NCBI GenBank assembly: GCA_964057225.1
Contig: OZ059896.1
Location: 18,042,001 to 18,106,000 of the forward strand
Length of the DNA: 64,000 nt
Direction: 5' to 3'
From: Auanema rhodensis
Lineage: Eukaryota > Animalia > Nematoda
The notes below the pieces were generated by a model. That model saw nothing but the letters and a program-made list of their open reading frames with translations. It had not been told where the DNA came from and made no database searches. Shown piece by piece: positions 55,806 to 64,000 of the stretch (position 1 is the first letter of the stretch; each line of letters begins with the position of its first letter). Made by a program: the position numbers and the translations under genes.

Positions 55806-57983
55806 TTAGATAGTCTGTAGACCCATTTTTCTCATCTCAATTTCCAAATCTTTCAAATTTCTTTCCAACATGTCAACCTCTTCGAGTCTTCCAGCAGCTG
55901 CAGCTTGAGTTAAATAACTGAAACGTTACCGTTTAAATAACAGATAATCTCTTTTTAAGAATAATTGACAAACCCTTTAATGATATCTCTTTGTTCATAT
56001 AATGGATGTTGCATATCTTCTTCGTCCAAAAATGGGTTATATGATCTAAAAAAATATTATTGATCAACCTGTGAGACAAATCTTACCTTGTTTGATTCGG
56101 AGTCCAGCCTTCATCTACCGTTTTTGAACGAGAAGTAGCCGGAGTTATTGGACTGCTGTGAGAATTGACTAGTGCTGGTTTCTGAGGTAACTACAACAGT
56201 GCTTATAGGGAAAGTTTTCAATAGTTCTACTTACTACTTTCGGAGGTCGGTCAATTTGGGAAGCTCTTGATTCTTCAATTTGTTTTGCGATAATCTTTTT
56301 GTGTTGCTCAACCAGCTCCAAATATTCCTCAGGAGTTGGTAAAGAAATCATTCCGGACACAACTTCCTTAAAAGGGATGATAAAGTAAAGTTTAAAGCAT
56401 AGTATAATTACTTGAAGAGTAGTAACCGCAACATATCTAATATTTTTTCGCAATTGTTGTTCCTTCAAAGCATTTTCACTTCCGTTTTGAAGAATACTCT
56501 GGCTAAAATTATTTTCGTGCATGTATAGCAAATAATAACTTTAATAAAATACCTCAAAGCATCTATTTCTTTTTGTTTTTGATATATTTTCTGCCTCATC
56601 TCTTCAGCATCTTTTAATGTATATATAGTTTCTCCATTACTTTAAATAGAAGAATTTAGAATACCGAAAACAAAAAAACTTACTTTATACTTAAAGCCAT
56701 ACGCACGTAACCAGGTGATAATGCTGTTATTTCTCTTAAATAAATATCCAGAGTCGAATATTGCTCAGCTAAAGCTGGAGCCACATGCTGCTCCATCATT
56801 TCCTCCCTTCGACGGAGATCAGTTAGACAGGAAGTACAAACTCGAAGACATTCAGTTGCATCCTGAAACAACATAATTTATTTTCAAAACTTTTGCTTAA
56901 AAGAGACTTACTTGTTGTAGCAAAGACCCAAGGCTTCCTTCAGAACCATCATTACTTATTTTATTTACTGCTCCTTCAAAGAACATTTTCATTTTTTCTG
57001 TAGTTTTTTGTGTAATTTCTAAAAATTTGCGACCGTGCGACGGGGAGCCTTGCTGATTTGGTTGCTCAGGCTCCGGGTAGGTTACAAGAGCGGGGTTGGT
57101 TAATTTCCCTGAGAGTAGGCTAAATAATTCTAATTCAGCATGATACCTACTGGCTGATACAAACGAGAGAAATCTGCTACATTGATGGCACATCACTTTC
57201 CCACAAAGGCGACAATGATGTCGTCGTCTTGTAAGTCCAAATTTAGCAGCACAAGATGGACAAACTGCTGAATCTCTATCAGCTGACCATGGAACAATTT
57301 CTCTTTCAAAGTCTGCAACAATCAAATTCGAAAACAACAATTCGTGATAATATGGGTAAACCTTTTCGTTTAGCAGGATCACTTGGACGCTCGTTGATGA
57401 GGCGATCCAACCTAATAATCAACATATTCGTTCGCACAGCACTTTCATTCACAGAAGCATCCCGGGACTGGATGAAATACTCTTTGTGAGATCTTACAAC
57501 GCCTTAAACAAAAAAATGTTTTTAAAACATAAAACTATCTTCCGACCTATCTCTGCTCTTACAGGCGGAGGGCGAATAACAGGAGCAGCTCTTGGTCGAG
57601 TTTTTTCTTGCACGGCATTTGCATAATTTGAAAGATTGGACATACTGTTCGATACACCAACATTAACTTGTGAAAGATCCAACGAAACTTTAGCATCAAT
57701 TTTACGAATACCTCGTTTTGCTTTATCAAAAAGACCTGCGAATAAAAAAAATTTTTAAATAAATGAATGACTTAGTAAACCTTTCATGTTCTGTAAAACG
57801 ACATCAGTGAGATCATTTCCGCCTTCAGGATGAACAGCTTCAACATGAGACTGTAGGGTTGGAAAATCGCCCAAATCACACATACAGAAGGGACATATAA
57901 ATCCCTATAAAGGAATGGTGATTCATAATGTAATACACCTAATAGCAAGAAGAAACTCTTACCTGCCGTACGAGATCGGTCAT
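55806..57983 (-). CDS. rabs-5: Rabenosyn-5 (C2H2 finger, FYVE domain, NPF motif, C-terminal Rab5-binding domain)
   Basis: MTDLVRQ|GFICPFCMCDLGDFPTLQSHVEAVH; FYVE domain VPWSADRDSAVCPSCAAKFGLTRRRHHCRLCGKVMCHQCS...LRVCTSC; YNPFLDEED...QAAAAGRLEEVDMLERNLKDL; stop 55806. Confidence 0.93.
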
Positions 57984-58370
57984 AATACCCGAATTTTAAA
58001 GCAGTATCCTTCAAATAATCAAGAGTAAGTTTAACTATTGAACTGGGCGCTTAGGATGAGATAAACTATGTTTGGCCAAAAACCATATAAAATCAATATA
58101 TATAAAAAATTGCTTGTTAAAAAAATATTTATAAAAAATTAATAAAAACACGTGCTGAGCACAAACCCGAAGAATATGAAGTACTAATGTGAAATAAAAA
58201 ATATGAAGTACTAATGTGTATAAAGTATATAAAGCTACTCTCTGTTATTAGGAATGTTTCACCATCAAAACAGGGGGAGGGGGTTAAACTGTCAACAATA
58301 AGAACATAACATATAAAAGAAAACAAAAATAAACTGTAATGGGTAAAACAATAAATTCATAAAATGTACA

Positions 58371-61300
58371 TCAATCTCTATATCCAGTGCTATTGAAGAC
58401 TTCGTCCAAAATCTTATCGTAATCAAATAGTTCAAAAACTCTAATGAGATGAAAGTTCTCAGCAGTTTTCTCAACTATCGTCTAAAATTTAATTTTTAAA
58501 ACTTGTTAAGTATATTAATATTACTAAAACAGCGGGGAGTAACAACATCGTATTACCCATTCGTTCACTACCGTTGGGAATGTTGTGGGCACGATAATAA
58601 GAAAACCAATCTGTATAAACACGATCACGAGCATCTTTAACAATTCTACGGGTTCCTTCATCTAATCCAGGAGCGGCTGAATACTTTGCATTATTAAAAA
58701 AAGGAATTATAATTTAATACCAGGGTCAAAAAGTAAAATAGCTACTAAAGCACAGAATTCAACATCTGTTGTCCCATTATGATACATAGGGCCCGAAAGT
58801 TCGTGTAAAGAATCTCGAAGAGGTACGACGAATAACCTTTAAACAAATGAAAAAAAAATTTTTTAAACTCATATTACTTTATGAACGTTTCTTTATCCAT
58901 TGGTTCGCCATTCATCGTTATCTCAACTGATTCAGGCTCGTTAAGGTCGGTGAAGGTTCCATCAGAATGAATAATCCTTAATGTGGAAAATTAGCAGTTT
59001 ATCAAAAATCAGAAATACCTATTAGTTTGGATTCCACCACCTTTCATGGTATTATAATGTTTTTCTAATATAGAAAAGGAAACAGAAAGGTGTTTGAGCA
59101 AAGCAACCTAAACAATATAAATTTAATATTTAGTTAAAGTTAAGCAGTTACCTTATCATCTAATGAAAGTTTAGGAAATGGATGGATTGAGTTTAAGAAT
59201 TCAACATACATACTAATTTCAATTCTAAGTTTATTTTTGTCCACTCTATGTCTTTCGAAAAATTTTGTTGGTCGAGAAATCTAAATTAGTTAAATTTCTA
59301 TTTTGTTTTAATTATTAAAGCTTACTGATGGTGTTCCTGCTAAAATATCACGAATAGTACTAGGGCAATATATTAATCTTCTTCGTTCTAATAACTTTCT
59401 ATATTCAATCACCATACATTCGATCATATTCTGGTGAGGATCATATGTTGGGCAATTAACATCTGATGGCGAATGCGATTGAGTAGAGCCTGAATAAAAA
59501 ATAAATCATAAATTCAGACAAAAAAGATATTTACTAATTGAATCTTCTAGTGTTAATTCAGTTCTTGATCCAGAAGATCCAGGTCGAACACTATAATCAA
59601 ACTGAAACAACTCAGTAGAAATTCAGCTGTTTGAATATTAAAAACGAACTGCGTCACCTTCCATCTCTACCTTAGGGACTATTAATCCATCAGAACGTAT
59701 ATGCTTCACATAAATGAATATAACAAAAAAAGGAAAAAATACACACATACCGGATTGAATTCGGGAGATATTTCGGGTTTTTCAGCAATAATCGTATTCC
59801 GAAAAGCTATTAAGTGATCGGCCAGAGTACTAAAATGGAATTAACAGATTTGCCAGCTTAGATAAATACTAACCGATTCTGATTGAAATTTGGATCTTCT
59901 ACTGCTAATATCTTCGGAGTTGGGCTGGGAGAGGTTCGTTTACGTCTTCTTTCAGCTAGCGAAATAGGAGAATCCGACGATCTTTTAACACTAGGAACAC
60001 TGTTTTGTTTTGCTCCAATCGAATCCCGATGCGGTTGAACGGCTTAAAGCAACAAGCATTAATACTATAAATTGGTAAAAATGGCTGCCGAAATTTTATG
60101 CAATGTCAAAATAGGAAAATAGAGCACAAGCGCTAAAAAGCAGTTTAAAAATATAATTTAACCTAAAACAAGGACCATTTTAAATATTAATAAAGGTTAT
60201 TTTGTTTTTCAATTAATAATAAATTTCTTATTTTAAAATTATACCCATTGGATCCATTCCTTGAGCTAAACATTTTTGTAATCGACATGCACGGCAGTAA
60301 CATCGATGATCTAAAAAATTTATATATTATGCACTTATATTTAAAAAATACATATTTATACAAAACAAATTCAGCTTGCAAAAATAAATATCGTACGTTT
60401 ATCAATGGGACAATTCATGTGTTCAGGACCCTCCTTCTTACACGTATACTTTCTTTTTTCAGAGATAGTTCTACGAAAAAATGCAGAACAAGCCGCACAT
60501 GCTATGGCACCAAAGTGAAATCCAGCCTTTTCGGCTTCGCACACCTGCAAGTAGAAAAATCATGTAAATCTAAAATATAAAAACACGCACGCAGCAAGGT
60601 CCAGTGACAACATCACTTTTGTTATTCTTTTTGTAAGAGGACGATTTTGGTTCGGCTGGGTGGTCTAAATTATCCTCATAAGCACTAGGATATACAACTA
60701 TTTGCTCCATATCATTATCATCCGAATATGGCGTCTGAAGAAAAAGGAATTATCATTGTGACTATTATGAAGCATTGATAATCAATTGACGCTAATATGA
60801 TACATACATTGGCCTTTGTTAGCGATCTTGTGGTCTCACTCAATTGGACACTTTCATTTAATTCTTTCTATAAATTTGATTTTTGTAGAAAAATTAAACA
60901 ATATTTCTGCGTACTGAATGATGAAGTCTTAAAAATGCAAGTAAATCCGATGAATTTTCACCCATACTATCCTTTGGTGTTGTATTATTCTGCTAAATTA
61001 ACAGATAGATTAATATAAAGTATATAGTTTATCAATACAAACCCCAGAAAAAATAGTTCCAGCATCACTTTTCATAACCAGTTCAATCTTTGGAGATCGA
61101 GCAGGTACATTAAACGGGAAGTTACTATCTCTGGAATTGAACTAAAATAATTTTGAGGTGAAAATCAGTTATATAATTAGATTTTTCAAGTAAGAAGTAA
61201 AAGCTAAAATTAAAGCTAATTTCAATAATTTTCACGTTACAATCGTACTACAGCACATCGTGATAGCCACCATAGACATCATACGGGAGAAAACAGAATG

Positions 61301-62075
61301 CAAGCGGCGGAGGGCACAGACAGTCAGCGTAACAAGAAGAATGTAGTTTGCTCAAGCGCATTATATAAACTAAGCATGACAGCGAAACTTAAATCGCAAA
61401 CTTCTAGCTTTCAGCTGCTTTCTATATTTTATGAAATCTGTGTCTCCTCCCATTCTCACTATTAATAACCCTGGAGAGAAAAAGAATACTAACCGTTTGG
61501 GAGCACAATCGCCTACAACATGATAATGATTATGGTGAGGTATCTGAAACCAAAGATTTTAAAATTAAAAATTGAATTACAATTTTCATGCGCAAATATA
61601 TATATTTGACTTTTTCGTGGAAATGTAGGCATACATATTCGAAAAACTTTCCGGCAATTTATGAAAAATGGGAATACCTGATTAAGTTGAACTGCACTAT
61701 TATTGTTATTATTATTATTATCGTTGCTATTATTCTCATGGCTCTGACCAATAAGACCCGTACCCATGAAAGCCCAATTTATTTCGCTAGAATTTTGGTG
61801 ATATATTAAATATGCTACAAATAGCACGTTACTTGGTAGGTTTTGGTGGATGAATATTTCGAACCAATCTAGCGACGTCTGGCACAATTAGTTTAGAAAA
61901 GTCATTTCTAATCACACTGCTTTGAGAATTCATCACTGTTGGTCCTAGTACACTAAATTTAGAATAACAATTATTGCTGAAAGAAAATAAAGATAGACCT
62001 TTGTGTATAAAACGACGCCCTATCACGATCACTCATTTGTCCAGGTTCTAACTTTGTTAAGTTGGTGAATACCAT
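58371..62075 (-). CDS. Nuclear hormone receptor (nematode supplementary NHR type) with a long N-terminal region
   Basis: DBD: [37 protein letters not shown]...CYCRACRLQKCLAQGMDPMAVQPHRD (~60600-60020). LBD: EFCALVAILLFDP...PGL...DWFSYY...ERMGNTMLLLPAV...FELFDYDKILDEVF; stop 58371. 5' exons can be spliced in frame up to ATG 62075; the 5' end is less certain than the DBD/LBD. Confidence 0.85.
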
Positions 62076-63566
62076 ACTGTCCTGAAAATAGCTAACTCTA
62101 AAACTTGAACACCCTTTTCAAACCTGTACTGAGCTATCTGCTTGAGGATATATTAGATTGGGCATCTAAAACAAAATAAATCTAGTATATCTTTAAAACT
62201 CATGTAAACTCTGTAAAAAGAAAAAACTAACATAAGAACAATATACAAATCAGCTTCGCAAGTAATGTAGCCACTAGAAATTGATACAAATTCGCAAATG
62301 AACAAAGTAAAGTCAGAACTACTTATAACTATATTTCTCAAATAGATGAACATATGTATCTCAATTTCTTTTTTGAACTTTTCAATTCCTCCAAGAAAAC
62401 TCTCTTCACGTTCTTACACAGTCAATACTAAGAATATCCTCAAAACATAGTCTCATACAACTAAACTTTGCACGATATTGTTTAATTTAACTGTTGTCTG
62501 GAGCATGTGCTCATTCCTTCCTATCCGTTGAATTTATGCTGTGGTGAAATCGCTTTCTTAGAGATAAAAAATTACCCTGGCAAAATTCTGGTGAGTGTGC
62601 TCCTAATTACAATAACTTGGTTCCACATTTTAAAATTAAAACCACATCTTTAAATTAAACTACTCGAGCTCAAACTATCAATTATGGAAGTTTGGAAAGA
62701 ACAAGAAACAGATAAGTTCGAATAACTTCTTTTCTCGTAGTTTACACTGCGTATTGAATTGTACAAAAATTACTACAGTATGAATTATGATCTGTCGGAT
62801 AGGTCAGAAAAATAGCCAAGGGCCACATACAGAAGTAATAAGAAACAATTTGTATAGAAACAAGTTTAAGAATTTAAAAAAATTGATACATGCGATACAA
62901 AGGTGAACATATTGAAATATTAGCTGTGATTAGATGTTATGTTGAATACCAAAAATAGGCGGAATACGAATAAAATATCAATTAATGGAAGTAATATATT
63001 GATACTATCAGATCATAGAAGAGCACAACAGTCAAATTGTTCATAGATAGGAATGATAATTCAATTAAAAGTTAAGAGCGTTATCATTTCACGTAAAATT
63101 GACGTGATGATTAACATATTGTTTTCTTTGTTATAATGGGTTTGTCTATTGAATTGATTCTTGGTTAATGACCAATTTGATGAAAAAAAAATTCGTTCAC
63201 GATATTTTCGTAGACAATACATAGAAAATATAAAAAATAATCACAAATTGTGAAAATATTTCAAAATTCTTTAACCTTATTTTGATATGGCATTATCGTT
63301 ATGGCGTCATCGTATTTTAATAGCTGATTATATCAATAACATATACAGACATACATGCGTGCATATAAGTCAGACACATGATATGTGCATACTTGGTATT
63401 GTTATTTTACGAGAACTATTGATATTAACACCTGAGTAATATCGGTACAATCATTCATTTTTCACTTTTTTTTTAAAATCAGTATAGCTTTAACAAAGAC
63501 ATTATATTCTTTATTACAATAACATTTTAACTATATTACGAACAGTTAATTTCATTGTTCCATATT

Positions 63567-64000
63567 CTACTCGTAGTCGTCCTCTTCAGCTGCCTTGTTC
63601 TTCTTATTATTTTTCTTATTGTTCTTGTTGTTCTTTTTCTTATTTTTGTTGTTGTTGTTGTTGTTTTTTTTGTTTCCATTATTATCAATTATAGGATCAC
63701 TTAAGATTTCGTCGGCAGTCTCAACAGCTGTAGCCATACCAGAAGTTTCTTTCACAGGGAATGGAAGAATCTGTACTTGAGGCCTCACCTTAAAAAACAA
63801 TTTCATTAATTAATACTTTAGTATCTACCTGGCTAATAGTTTGTCCATTGAATGTATTCTGATTGTGGAAGGCCGACTAAAACAAAACAATGTTCTTCGA
63901 TTTCATAAACAAACTCATACTCTATATCTGTTGAAAGCATCAGTTGTATTTCTATGAATATCAGCTAAAATTAAAGCGAAAATCTGGAATTAGGTTTTGC
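63567..64000 (-). CDS. 3' exons of an unidentified gene (truncated by window edge) with an Asn/Lys-rich tail
   Basis: Three short exons with GT-AG introns ending VRPQVQILPFPVKETSG...NNKKNKAAEEDDYE* (stop 63567-63569). Confidence 0.6.

Overview
AT-rich eukaryotic genomic DNA. It is almost certainly a rhabditid (clade V-like) nematode, given the ~45-60 nt GT-AG introns, TTTCAG/TTTTAG acceptors, operon-like spacing and proteins close to C. elegans orthologues. Gene-dense flanks: left = SAM synthetase (sams-1-like), an uncharacterised N-myristoylated protein gene with a ~7 kb intron, an SLC22 transporter, mys-1/Tip60 and plp-1/Pur-alpha; right = rabenosyn-5 (rabs-5), a nuclear hormone receptor and the 3' end of another gene. 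Between them lies a ~34 kb gene desert (22.1-55.8 kb) in which I can find only two tiny, convergently transcribed, two-exon genes. Both encode helix-loop-helix proteins that lack a DNA-binding basic region and resemble Id/extramacrochaetae (emc). The desert is heavily loaded with clustered E-boxes (CAGATG/CATCTG, CAGCTG, CACCTG), the two HLH genes share a promoter-proximal motif and GC-boxes, and a perfect 288-bp inverted repeat lies between them. Best candidate for an undescribed system: a nematode Id/emc-like inhibitor locus wired as an E-protein-driven negative-feedback module. All gene models and motif counts were done by eye; no searches were run.
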